64,000 nt of DNA. Origin: Candidatus Obscuribacteraceae bacterium. GTDB lineage: Bacteria; Cyanobacteriota; Vampirovibrionia; Obscuribacterales; Obscuribacteraceae. Of the stretch, positions 47,690 to 56,931 are shown piece after piece. The position numbers and the translations under genes were made by a program. The notes under the pieces are model-generated. The model had not been told where the DNA came from. It did not search any database and saw only the letters and a program-made list of their open reading frames with translations. Position 1 is the stretch's first letter. Each line of letters opens with the position of its first letter. The DNA is taken from assembly GCA_044229845.1 (NCBI GenBank), contig JBGASG010000005.1, positions 128,001-192,000 on the forward strand. Direction: 5' to 3'.

Positions 47690-49129
47690 ATGACCGCTCC
47701 TTTCACCGAAGAAACGTATCCGCTCAACCAGATCTGGCCGCGTCAGGCGCTGGAAGATGCGCGCCGTCAGGGGCTGAAGCTTTATCTCGTGGGCGGCTAT
47801 GTCCGCGACGCCCTGCTTAATCGCAGCGGCGCCGGCGTCAAGGATTTTGATTTCGCCGTTGTCGGTGGTTCCGCTGTTGCTTTCGCGGAAGCCTTTGCCA
47901 CCGCCCATGGTGGTCACTTCGTGCTCCTCGATCGCAACCTGGATACAGCCAGAGTCGTCGCGGAAGACGCAACCGTATTGGATTTCGCAGGCTGCATGGG
48001 TAACACCATCGAACAAGACTTGCACCGCCGAGATTTCACCGTCAACGCACTGGCATGGGATGCAGACAATCCGGAGCAGATAATCGATCTGGTCGGCGGC
48101 GTTGAAGACTTACAGCACAAGCGCATTCGCGCGATCTCAGAGCAAGCCCTCTTGGATGATCCGCTGCGTGTTCTGCGAGCGTTTCGTTTTGCGGCCGCAC
48201 TGGAGGCTCCCATTGAGCCGGATACCCGGGAAATGATCAAGCGCCATGCAGCAAGTCTGTCTAAGGTTGCCGGCGAGCGCATTAGCTACGAATGGTTCAC
48301 CACCATGGATGCGCCGGCAGTCGGCGATCTCGTCAAACAAATGGGCGCCACCGGCGTTCTGGAAGCCATATTTCCTGAACTGACGGCGCAGCACAAGGTG
48401 ACATCCAACGCCTATCACCACCTGGGTCTCTTCGATCATTCAATCGAGGCGGTGGCGCAGTCGGAAGAGTTTCTTCAGAAGGCTCCAGATTTCGTGCTTT
48501 CGAGTCTCAGCCGCCGCGACTCTTACACGGTAACCCGCCGTGCCGCCACCATGACGGCATGCCTGCTGCACGACATCGGCAAGCCCGACACCTGGGAGAT
48601 TACCGAAGAAGGGCGCCACACATTTATAGGACACGACAAGCTCGGCGCTCAGATGAACGAAACGGTCGCCAAGCGCTTGAAATGGTCGCGCCCGATTGAG
48701 CGCCTGATCACGCGTTTAATCGCTGCCCACCTGCGCCCTGGACAGCTCTACCACCAGGGTCCACCCACTGACAAAGCAATTCATCGCTTTTATAGAAACA
48801 TCGGCGAAGACGTGCCTGAGCTGATTACGCTTGCCTTTGGAGACCTCGGTGCCACTCGCGGTCCTGGACTGGAAGAAACTCGTGGTGCGCTTGAAAACAG
48901 TTTGCGAGAACTTTTGGCTGGTTACCCCGTCTTTGTAGATAGTCAGAAGAAACTGCCAAAGCTTCTTGACGGCGAACAGATCATGCAATTGCTCGGCATC
49001 AAACCTGGTCGCCTGGTCGGCGAGCTTCTGGAAGAACTGGAGGAAGCACAAGCCCTGAAGCAAGTCACAGACCGGGAAGAGGCTGAAAGGTTCGTGGCTG
49101 ACAAGTACCGAGAAAAGTATGCTGGATAA
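47690..49129 (+). CDS. Class II tRNA nucleotidyltransferase with HD domain, probably CC-adding
   Basis: YLVGGYVRD, DFD, DLHRRDFTVNALA, DDPLRVLRAFRF, ERI and LLHDIGKP motifs; short segment between LDFA and EQDL. Confidence 0.88.
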   Translation: MTAPFTEETYPLNQIWPRQALEDARRQGLKLYLVGGYVRDALLNRSGAGVKDFDFAVVGGSAVAFAEAFATAHGGHFVLLDRNLDTARVVAEDATVLDFAGCMGNTIEQDLHRRDFTVNALAWDADNPEQIIDLVGGVEDLQHKRIRAISEQALLDDPLRVLRAFRFAAALEAPIEPDTREMIKRHAASLSKVAGERISYEWFTTMDAPAVGDLVKQMGATGVLEAIFPELTAQHKVTSNAYHHLGLFDHSIEAVAQSEEFLQKAPDFVLSSLSRRDSYTVTRRAATMTACLLHDIGKPDTWEITEEGRHTFIGHDKLGAQMNETVAKRLKWSRPIERLITRLIAAHLRPGQLYHQGPPTDKAIHRFYRNIGEDVPELITLAFGDLGATRGPGLEETRGALENSLRELLAGYPVFVDSQKKLPKLLDGEQIMQLLGIKPGRLVGELLEELEEAQALKQVTDREEAERFVADKYREKYAG

Positions 49130-49201
49130 CCAATCCTTGCTTGGCAACCGAATCGGGTGTTAAAAGTCGTTTTCGCGGGAATAAAACAAGCGTCGGGGAT
49201 G

Positions 49202-49243
49202 AAACAACCGACCGACCGAACCTAAACCAAACGAACCGAACGC
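49202..49243 (+). repeat. A/C-rich degenerate 4-5 nt tandem repeat (ACCG/AACCG/AACG)
   Basis: AAACAACCGACCGACCGAACCTAAACCAAACGAACCGAACGC contains only one T in 42 nt. Confidence 0.6.
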
Positions 49244-49328
49244 ATAAATCGACGAACTGCCTCAGGCGAGGTGGTGCGCTCTTTTCCCACGCTCAAGAAT
49301 ACGGAACCACACTTCCAAGGTGCATATC

Positions 49329-49589
49329 ATGAACAAGACCAGAGCCGATAAACTGCACAACTACACAATCATCGCGCGGCTCGATGACGCGATTCCGCTC
49401 AACACTGAAGAGTGGGTCTCCGTAGAGCAATTGCTCAACCAGATTTCCGAGTTCGTTCCGCTTTCCATGCTGAACGCTCTCACTGAAAGCATCGTCAATT
49501 ACGCTGACGATCAGGCGCGGCGGGGGTATCTCCTTGGCCAGGAGGACCTGGTAGCTGAAATGAAGAAGAAGGCGGCAAAGATAGCGTAA
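49329..49589 (+). CDS. Small helical hypothetical protein
   Basis: 86 aa; AAGG upstream; typical codon usage; followed by a hairpin. Confidence 0.7.
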   Translation: MNKTRADKLHNYTIIARLDDAIPLNTEEWVSVEQLLNQISEFVPLSMLNALTESIVNYADDQARRGYLLGQEDLVAEMKKKAAKIA

Positions 49590-49640
49590 GCGCTGCGCTC
49601 TTCAGGTATCTCAAGTAATCACCAACAAGTTTGGGTTCGC

Positions 49641-49668
49641 GGGGCAGGTCTTCTTCAAGACCTGCTCC
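49641..49668 (+). terminator. Stem-loop downstream of the 49329-49589 gene
   Basis: GGGGCAGGTCTT-cttc-AAGACCTGCTCC; weak U-tract. Confidence 0.5.
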
Positions 49669-49746
49669 GGTCGTTTCAGGGGTTATGCACCAGATATGGT
49701 GAAGAAACTGCCATGTGAGTTGCCCTTGTCCGGGTGTCCTTTCTTC

Positions 49747-49868
49747 CCTTTGTCGAAATCAACAAAAGTGTTGAAAGCCTTTAGTCGGCAGCCCGAATGC
49801 TAATTTGCAATTCAAGCCTGCAGGGCGATTCGAAACAAAATCAACACTAGTGTTGATTTCTACAAAGG
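49747..49868. repeat. 18-bp inverted repeat (1 mismatch) overlapping two TCAACA-N4-TGTTGA palindromic boxes
   Basis: CCTTTGTCGAAATCAACA (49747-49764) / TGTTGATTTCTACAAAGG (49851-49868); boxes at 49759-49774 and 49841-49856; perfect 22-bp palindrome at 49838-49859. Confidence 0.85.
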
Positions 49869-49952
49869 CCGAGATCGCGGCGCCCAAATTTTGCTGCGCC
49901 AGCGACGGACAACACGACCCGGGCGCTACGCACCAGATGCGGTATCTGCTGG

Positions 49953-50429
49953 TTATTGCGGTGCCGCGGTGCGTTGCCAGGTGGACATCAGGATGACCAC
50001 GTCGGACATGTTGATTGTCAGAAGGGCCAGCGTAAATCCGAAAAGGAAGGCACCAATCAGCATCTGCCAGGTCAAGTACGCCTGGCGGGTTGTAAATGTG
50101 CGCACTGTGCCTATGCGCTGGGCGATGTAATACATGCAGACCAGCGTAGTTAATGACAAGACGATCGTGCGAATGGTGATGTCGCCGATAAATGTCGCCG
50201 CGACAGCCATGAATGATGCCAGCGGCAGCAACCACAGTGACAGCTTGTCTTTGGCGCGGATGTTCTTGTATTCGGTCTTGGCGGAGTAGTCGAGGTGCTT
50301 GATGCCCAGGATGGCTTGCTCGAGGAAGCTGGTTCGTTGATAGGCGCCGCCAGGAGCGCCTCCAGCTGCGGCGGGCGCGCTGCCGGCTGCGTTAGGGGCG
50401 GCGGAATCGGGGGCCTTAGATTCTTCCAT
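49953..50429 (-). CDS. Membrane protein with three to four TM segments, hypothetical
   Basis: Ala/Gly/Pro-rich N-terminus followed by hydrophobic segments. Confidence 0.7.
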   Translation of the reverse strand: MEESKAPDSAAPNAAGSAPAAAGGAPGGAYQRTSFLEQAILGIKHLDYSAKTEYKNIRAKDKLSLWLLPLASFMAVAATFIGDITIRTIVLSLTTLVCMYYIAQRIGTVRTFTTRQAYLTWQMLIGAFLFGFTLALLTINMSDVVILMSTWQRTAAPQ

Positions 50430-50475
50430 TAACTGTCACCGTCGGTGGTTGTAGATCTGGTCTTATTCTACTGTC

Positions 50476-51453
50476 CTACTGCACGATTTTTGCTGTTTCT
50501 TTCTGCTGGCGAAACTTTTTCTGCTCGGCTCTGCGGCGGATGTCGGTCTGCAAGTCGTTGTAGTTACTAATAGCTCGTGGCAACAGCAACTTATTTTGTG
50601 CTCCAGAAAGAATCTCAATTGCTTGCTTGTAGTTAGTTTCGGCTTCTGTAAATTTGCCCTGCCGATGATAAAGCGAAGCAAGATTGTGTATCGCATCTGC
50701 TTTTAACTCGCGCGAAATCGATGGATACTTCTCGGCGAGCGCGATCGCTTGTTTGAAGGCTGCCTCTGCCGGCGCATACTGCTGCTTCTCATAAAATGCG
50801 ATGCCCTGGTTGTCGTAGGCAATGAAGAGATTGCGCTGTCCAATAATATATTTCGGGTTGACCTTCAAAATCTCGGAGAAGGCGGTGACTGCCTCGGCAG
50901 TGTTGCCGGCTTTGAGCGCCGTTACACCTTGCACCTGCAAGGCTGCGATCTTCTTTTTATCGGCATCATCTTTTTGCGCGCGCAGATTTTTTGCTTCGTC
51001 GTACAAAGCTTGCGCTTCTTGCATCTTTGCGCCGCGGTAAGCGACTTTGCCGAGCATTTCCAGATTGAGAATCACTTCCATGTCGGTCGGCTCCAGGACT
51101 TTGCGGCGCAGCTCAAGCGCCTGGCGCCAGTACTTCTCGCATTCATCCCATTTGCTTTGCTCCCAGTAGCTCTGTCCGAGAGATTCGAGTACGCGCGCCA
51201 CCACTGGACTGTCGGCATTCTTCGCCTGCGCCACCAGCAGGCAGTCGGTGAGCACCGTGTCCGCTTCAGCGTACTTGTTCTCTTTGCGCAAAGCCACAGC
51301 TTTTTGCATCGCGGCAGTGCAGTCTGAGTCGTCTGCAAGCGCCATGCCGGTGCAGAAAACAGCGATGCAGCCGGCTGCAATTACGCTCAGAAGAAACTGA
51401 CTAACGCACGTAGGAAAGCGGGTTGTTCGGCTTGCCGTCGACGCGCACTTCAA
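50476..51453 (-). CDS. Secreted TPR protein
   Basis: Signal-like FLLSVIAAGCIAVFCTGMALA; TPR motifs such as ADAIHNLASLYHRQGKFTEAETNYKQAIEI. Start uncertain; TTG 51453 proposed. Confidence 0.8.
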   Translation of the reverse strand: MKCASTASRTTRFPTCVSQFLLSVIAAGCIAVFCTGMALADDSDCTAAMQKAVALRKENKYAEADTVLTDCLLVAQAKNADSPVVARVLESLGQSYWEQSKWDECEKYWRQALELRRKVLEPTDMEVILNLEMLGKVAYRGAKMQEAQALYDEAKNLRAQKDDADKKKIAALQVQGVTALKAGNTAEAVTAFSEILKVNPKYIIGQRNLFIAYDNQGIAFYEKQQYAPAEAAFKQAIALAEKYPSISRELKADAIHNLASLYHRQGKFTEAETNYKQAIEILSGAQNKLLLPRAISNYNDLQTDIRRRAEQKKFRQQKETAKIVQ

Positions 51454-52603
51454 AGTGGAGGTGTGGACCGGTTGAGAAGCCAGTTGAGCCTTCATAGCCA
51501 ATGACCTGTCCCTTTTTGACGTCTTCACCTGCGGATACCGCTGCCTTGGACAAGTGGGCGTACAGTGTTGCCATGCCCTTTCCGTGGCTGACAATAACGA
51601 CCTTTCCGTATCCACCGTACCATCCTGAGTAAAGCACGTTACCGCTGTCAGCGGCGACAATCGAGGAACGGTTGGGTCCCGCCAGGTCTACTCCGGTGTG
51701 GAATTTGCGCAGTCCGAAAATCGGGTGCCGGCGCCAGCCAAACGGTGAAGTGACCGGCGCTCTGAGAGGCAACTGCATGTTGCCTGATCCCTGCTGAACT
51801 TCCTTGCCGCTGCCCTTACTGGCTTTGACCATGGCAATAATCTGTGCTTCCAGAGCTACTGACTCATGAGCCAGCTGTCGTTCTGCTTGTTCGTAGAAAG
51901 CACGTTGCGTGCGCAGGCGCTCGGCGGTCTGCTCTTGCTCGCTCTTCTCTTTGTTGAGCTGGAATGCTTTCTTGGCGAACTCGGAAACCATGTCGCCCAG
52001 GGCGTTTTTCTTGCTGCCCAGTTGGTCTCGCTTAGACGCCAGTGCTACCGCTCTGGCTCGCAGGTCGCTGAGAATGACCCGGTCGGAGGCGGCAATGCGT
52101 TCTTGATAATAGAAAAGGTCGAGCAGCGCTTGCAGTGAGCGCACCTGGAAAGCCATTTCCAGAAGACCCAGACGCTGCCCTTCGTAGATCTCTCGCAAGC
52201 GCTGTGCAGCTTCGTCTGAGACGCGTTCTTCCTGAGATTGAGTGATGGTGATTGTCTGCTCGGTCTTAACGATGTTTGCTTCAGTGTTCTTCAGCTCATT
52301 CTGGCTGTTGTTGAGCTTGTTCTCGGTTTGGCGCAGACTCTGCTTGGTCTGGCTGAGAACCGCCAGCGCCTTGCGTTCTTCTTTGCGTGCTTGTTGCAGT
52401 TTCTCCAGAACCTGTTTGTGGTTCTTCTCGATTTCTTTTAGACGCTTGTGCGGATCGCCGGTCGCCGGCGTGGCTTTCGGCAACGTATGTTTGCCTTCAC
52501 CGGCGGCAGCAGCCTGCGCGGCGGGCGAATACGGCTGCGACAAAGGCGCCGCGAGCATGCTCACGAGTGCGATGAGAGCAAAAAATTGTTTGTTGGAAAT
52601 CAC
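51401..52603 (-). CDS. M23-family peptidase with long coiled coil (EnvC/NlpD-like)
   Basis: Signal peptide; coiled coil; TSPFGWRRHP, HTGVD, YGGYG, YAHLS and STGPHLHFE (zinc ligands intact). Confidence 0.93.
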   Translation of the reverse strand: MISNKQFFALIALVSMLAAPLSQPYSPAAQAAAAGEGKHTLPKATPATGDPHKRLKEIEKNHKQVLEKLQQARKEERKALAVLSQTKQSLRQTENKLNNSQNELKNTEANIVKTEQTITITQSQEERVSDEAAQRLREIYEGQRLGLLEMAFQVRSLQALLDLFYYQERIAASDRVILSDLRARAVALASKRDQLGSKKNALGDMVSEFAKKAFQLNKEKSEQEQTAERLRTQRAFYEQAERQLAHESVALEAQIIAMVKASKGSGKEVQQGSGNMQLPLRAPVTSPFGWRRHPIFGLRKFHTGVDLAGPNRSSIVAADSGNVLYSGWYGGYGKVVIVSHGKGMATLYAHLSKAAVSAGEDVKKGQVIGYEGSTGFSTGPHLHFEVRVDGKPNNPLSYVR

Positions 52604-52822
52604 AGCCTGTCGGATTCGTTTTGCAAGATTATCTGGACACTTCTAGACGGTCCCTGTGTTCGGCAGCAAGCCGGACCGTGCCTCTTAGGAACAAGGTAGG
52701 AAGGTAACGGTTTTCACCTCTCTCTGACAAGAAAATAAGTCTAATGAAGTCATTAAGTAGGAAGTTACCAAACCCGAACTGCGTCATACTTCTGTCTTTC
52801 CGGCTCAAGGGCACGAAATTTT

Positions 52823-54268
52823 ATGCTGAAAGAAATTGTCAAGTATCCGCTCAACATCAAGGGCGTGGAGTCAAAAGAATATACAGAAATCAAGAGCCCT
52901 TATTCCGGCGAAGTAATCGCCGCCGTCGCCCAGGCCGATGAAAAAACCATTGAAAAAGCGGTCGAGCTGGCGCAAAAAACATTTGAAACCGTCATGCGCC
53001 GCATGCCGGCTCACCAGCGTTCCGAAATTCTCGCCAAGACATCCAAACTGATCATCGAGCGTGTCGAAGAGCTGGCGCGCATTATCGCTCTGGAAGGCGG
53101 CAAACCGATTAAAGATGCGCGTATTGAAGTGACGCGCGCCGCCATGACTTTCAAAATCGCATCGGAAGAGGCTCTGCGCCTCGATGGCGAGCAAATTCCC
53201 ATGGACCGTCAGGCAGGAAACGAAGGGCGCATCGGCATGGTGCTGCGCGAGCCGATTGGTGTCATCGCCGGTATCACACCATTCAATTTTCCGCTCAACC
53301 TGGTAGCGCATAAGGTGGCACCGGCGATTGCCGCCGGCAACACACTTTTGCTCAAACCATCCAGCCAAACTCCCATCTCCAGCTTCAAGCTGGCTGAGAT
53401 CATGGCTGAAGCCGGGCTGCCGGAGGGCGTTCTCAATATCGTGCCTTGCCGCGGCAGTAAAGGCGACGCCCTGGTAAAACATCCAGCGCTGGCCATGGTG
53501 ACATTCACCGGCTCGCCGGAAGTGGGCTGGAAGCTGAAGGAAAAAACCGCTCCCGGCACTCGCATGATTTTGGAACTGGGCGGCAACGCCGGTATTGTTG
53601 TGCACGACGACGCCGACCTGGAAACCGCAGCCCGAGCTGCTTGCCGCGGCGGCTATGTGAACGCCGGACAGACCTGCATCTCGGTGCAGCGCGTCTACGT
53701 TCAAGAAAAAGTCTACGAAAGATTCACAGCCATGTTCGTCGAGATGGTCAAGGCACTGAAGACCGGTGACCCCATCGACGATACCACCGACGTTGGTCCG
53801 CTAATTGATAAAGGATCGGCGGAGAAAACCGTTGAGTGGATCGAAGCTGCTGTAAAGGAAGGCGCCAAAGTATTGACCGGCGGCAAGGCTCTTAAAAACA
53901 ATATTGTCGAGCCGACGGTGCTCTCCGAAACCAAACCCGAGATGCTGGTGGTCTGTCAAGAAGTATTCGCACCAATCGTGTCGGTGATGAGATACACGAA
54001 CCTCGATGATGCGCTCGCCGCCATGAACGAGGGACGTTACGGCTTGCAAGCCGGTGTCTTCACCCAGAACATCGAAGTGGCATTCAAGGCAGCCCGCGTC
54101 ATCGATGCCGGCGGCGTCATGATTAACGACGCCCCCACATTCCGCGCCGACCACATGCCATATGGCGGTCGCAAGGAATCAGGGATTGGTCTGGAAGGGG
54201 TAAAATACGCCATACACGAGATGACTCAGCCGAAGTTCATCTGCCTCAATCTGCCACCATTGAAGTAG
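52823..54268 (+). CDS. Aldehyde dehydrogenase family protein
   Basis: ITPFNFPLNL, KP, FTGS, LELGGN (Glu), GQTCIS (Cys), EVFAP and PYGG.K.SG.G.EG motifs. Confidence 0.96.
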   Translation: MLKEIVKYPLNIKGVESKEYTEIKSPYSGEVIAAVAQADEKTIEKAVELAQKTFETVMRRMPAHQRSEILAKTSKLIIERVEELARIIALEGGKPIKDARIEVTRAAMTFKIASEEALRLDGEQIPMDRQAGNEGRIGMVLREPIGVIAGITPFNFPLNLVAHKVAPAIAAGNTLLLKPSSQTPISSFKLAEIMAEAGLPEGVLNIVPCRGSKGDALVKHPALAMVTFTGSPEVGWKLKEKTAPGTRMILELGGNAGIVVHDDADLETAARAACRGGYVNAGQTCISVQRVYVQEKVYERFTAMFVEMVKALKTGDPIDDTTDVGPLIDKGSAEKTVEWIEAAVKEGAKVLTGGKALKNNIVEPTVLSETKPEMLVVCQEVFAPIVSVMRYTNLDDALAAMNEGRYGLQAGVFTQNIEVAFKAARVIDAGGVMINDAPTFRADHMPYGGRKESGIGLEGVKYAIHEMTQPKFICLNLPPLK

Positions 54269-54298
54269 TTGCGCACGGCATAACGGCATAGGACACCT

Positions 54299-55030
54299 GT
54301 GATCGGTTCGAGAAGACAGCGCGCTCAAGAGCTACTGGCCACGTTGCGTGGGTCTTTGATTGTTTCCGTGCAGGCGGCGCGCGGCGAGCCCCTCTTCGCG
54401 CCCGAGCATATCCTCGCTATGTCGCTCTCTGTAATCAATGGAGGCGCGCGCGGTCTGCGTCTGGAAAGCGCCGAGCATATCGCATTCGTTCGCAAGCGCA
54501 CCGGCGTGCCTATAGTCGGGCTGATCAAAGACGAGTCAGTGCCCGAAGAAGACCGGTTGAAAAAGGTCTACATCACGCCGACGTTTCACGACTGTGCAGC
54601 GATTGCACGCGCTGGTGCCGATGTGGTGGCACTGGATGCCACCATGCGCCGGCGACCGGATGACTCGACAGTCGAGGAGATTATCAAACGCGTCCACGAC
54701 GAACTGGACAAGCTGGTCTGGGCCGATGTCAGCACGGCGGAAGAGGGCGCCAATGCAGCGCGCGCCGGTGCCGATATCATCTCCACCACGCTGTCCGGAT
54801 ATACGGAAGAAACGCGCGTGTCACCCGAAACACCGCCTGATTTTCCGCTTTTGTCCAAGCTGGTGGAAGCTAATAAACTGCCGATTATTCTGGAAGGACG
54901 GGTCTGGACTCCCGATGATGTGAAGGAAGCCTATCGGCGCGGCGCCTGGGCGGTCGTTGTCGGCTCGGCCATCACCCGCCCGCAGTTGATCACCAACCGC
55001 TTTGTCAAAGCGCTGCCGCACTTGTCCTGA
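54299..55030 (+). CDS. nanE: N-acetylmannosamine-6-phosphate 2-epimerase
   Basis: LIVSVQA..GEPL, PIVGLIK, YITPT, ALDAT.R.RP, TTLSGYT, EGR and VVGSAITRP motifs. Confidence 0.93.
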   Translation: MIGSRRQRAQELLATLRGSLIVSVQAARGEPLFAPEHILAMSLSVINGGARGLRLESAEHIAFVRKRTGVPIVGLIKDESVPEEDRLKKVYITPTFHDCAAIARAGADVVALDATMRRRPDDSTVEEIIKRVHDELDKLVWADVSTAEEGANAARAGADIISTTLSGYTEETRVSPETPPDFPLLSKLVEANKLPIILEGRVWTPDDVKEAYRRGAWAVVVGSAITRPQLITNRFVKALPHLS

Positions 55031-56901
55031 TGTCGCAGTTTTCCCTCTGGCTTTATCCGCTGATCTTGTCGTCCGGATTGGCGATTATTTTCCTCATCCG
55101 CGGCGGCATCAAATGGACGTGGGGCGGCATTATTCAGCAACTGCTGATTCTCTCCGCCGGCGGTCTGGGGTTTCTCACCGGCAACTATGCGCTCTGGGCT
55201 TTAGTGGGCTGGAGCCTCTTTTTTCTCTTCAACCTGGGCTCGCGTGCACTGGCAAATCGGGCGCTCAGCGATCTGACTATTTTGCGCACCAAATCGGCCG
55301 TGGAAAAAGCGCGGCGTGCGCGCCTCTTGATCTGGGGACCGGTGGGGCTCTTCGGTCAGGAAATGGCAGAGGCGGTCGATGCCATCGTCAGCGGCGAGAC
55401 TGAAAAAGCTAACCGCCTGATCGAAAAGTGGGATCACTCGGGACTGCCGCGGCGGGCAAAAGAAAGCCTGCACGGCTACGTGATGTTGGGGCGGGTGATT
55501 CAGCGCGACTATCCCGCGATCGTCGAAGAGTACGAGAAGCTCGAACGCGATCGCGCCGCCGCCGCTGCTGCACAACCATCCGGGAAGAAACGGGGCGAGC
55601 GCATGCCCTTCGATGTATTCACGGCGGCGGCCCGCGCTTACCTGGAACTGGACATGTATGAGCAGGCGTTGAATGCGCTCGAAGAACACGACCTGGCTTC
55701 GTACCGGGCGCATCCGTTAACGCTGGACAGCGTATTTATGGCATATTCCGCTTTGCTCGGCGCAGAAAAACAACTGGCTGAAATCTCGGAGCGTCTCTCG
55801 CACGGGCGCAACGCCCTGCCTGAATACAGTCGGGTTTTCTGGTCAGCGCGCTGTTATGCGCGCCGCGGTGAAGTCGATCGGGCGCTCGCTGCTTTTCGTC
55901 AGGCACTGTCCCTGGTGCCGGTCGGCAACGATCCCTGGAGAAGGCGCATCGAGGGATTTATCTACCTGCTGGAAGATCACAGTGCGCCGCCCGTTACCGC
56001 ACCACAGGCGGTGCCGAATGAGAGTCTGCCGTGGGGTTCTGTGCCGCCGATGCCTTCGACCTATTTTCAGTCGAAGCCACCACAGACGATGCCGAGTGAC
56101 GTCGACGGCGTCGCTCACGTGGTCGTCGATCAAGAGACGATTGCCGCCTACGCTCCGCGCCTGCAGTTTCTTCTCGATCGCGCTCGCTACATCCACGACC
56201 TGATCGCGCCCTCCAAAATGGGTCCGGGCACCAAGGTGCTGTTAGTGTCGTTGATTCTCGTATTTGTGACCGGCAATCTCTGGCAAGTGATGCCCGGTCC
56301 GCTCTCGTTTGGCATCGCCGAACTTTCCACCAGCGGCGTCCTGTCGGCACCGGAAGTGACGATGAAGGGCGAATACTGGCGCCTGCTCAGCTACATGTTT
56401 TTGCACGCGAACATTTCGCATTTGGCCATGAACGTGCTCGGTCTCGTCTGGTTCGGTAAATTGGTCGAGCGCCTCTACGGTACGCCGCGCTTCTTGATTT
56501 TATATTTTGCATGCGGACTGCTGAGCGGTTGCGCTCACATGTTGTCCACGCCGGACCAACCGGCGGTGGGCGCTTCGGGAGCGATCATGGGCATCTTCGG
56601 TGCCGGCACCGCTGCCATGTTGCGCTTGCGCGGGGTTATTCCCAGCAATATCAGGCGCACCGAATTGATCTGGTTGTTCAGCCTGGCCGGCGTGCAGGTA
56701 ATCTTCGATCAAATCGTCAACCTGTTCGCGCTGACGCACGACGAAAGGAATACTTCGCAGCTGCCGCGCGTTGCGTCGATGGCGCACCTGGGCGGGATGG
56801 TAAGTGGTTTTCTGCTTGGACTGGTGATTCCGCTCAAGGCTGTCGACCGGCGATTTTCAGCAGCACGATCTACGGATGTCAATCGCCCCGTTGGCGAATA
56901 G
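55030..56901 (+). CDS. Rhomboid intramembrane serine protease with N-terminal TM and TPR-like extension
   Basis: YWRLLSYMFLHANISHLAMN, VGASGAIMG (Ser) and AHLGG (His) motifs; the start overlaps the nanE stop (TGATG). Confidence 0.9.
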   Translation: MSQFSLWLYPLILSSGLAIIFLIRGGIKWTWGGIIQQLLILSAGGLGFLTGNYALWALVGWSLFFLFNLGSRALANRALSDLTILRTKSAVEKARRARLLIWGPVGLFGQEMAEAVDAIVSGETEKANRLIEKWDHSGLPRRAKESLHGYVMLGRVIQRDYPAIVEEYEKLERDRAAAAAAQPSGKKRGERMPFDVFTAAARAYLELDMYEQALNALEEHDLASYRAHPLTLDSVFMAYSALLGAEKQLAEISERLSHGRNALPEYSRVFWSARCYARRGEVDRALAAFRQALSLVPVGNDPWRRRIEGFIYLLEDHSAPPVTAPQAVPNESLPWGSVPPMPSTYFQSKPPQTMPSDVDGVAHVVVDQETIAAYAPRLQFLLDRARYIHDLIAPSKMGPGTKVLLVSLILVFVTGNLWQVMPGPLSFGIAELSTSGVLSAPEVTMKGEYWRLLSYMFLHANISHLAMNVLGLVWFGKLVERLYGTPRFLILYFACGLLSGCAHMLSTPDQPAVGASGAIMGIFGAGTAAMLRLRGVIPSNIRRTELIWLFSLAGVQVIFDQIVNLFALTHDERNTSQLPRVASMAHLGGMVSGFLLGLVIPLKAVDRRFSAARSTDVNRPVGE

Positions 56902-56931
56902 CCTGCTAAATTTGAATGCGGCACCAGGCAA

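Noticed and set aside
47123..47693. ORFs 47123-47437 and 47256-47693 as genes, or a programmed frameshift
   Set aside because: They are pieces of one decayed esterase; several frame changes, stops and deletions would be needed to restore it.
52696..52767. GTAGGAAG(G/T)TA direct repeat and TAATGA-AG-TCATTA palindrome in the M23/ALDH divergent promoter
   Set aside because: Too short to distinguish from chance without comparative data.
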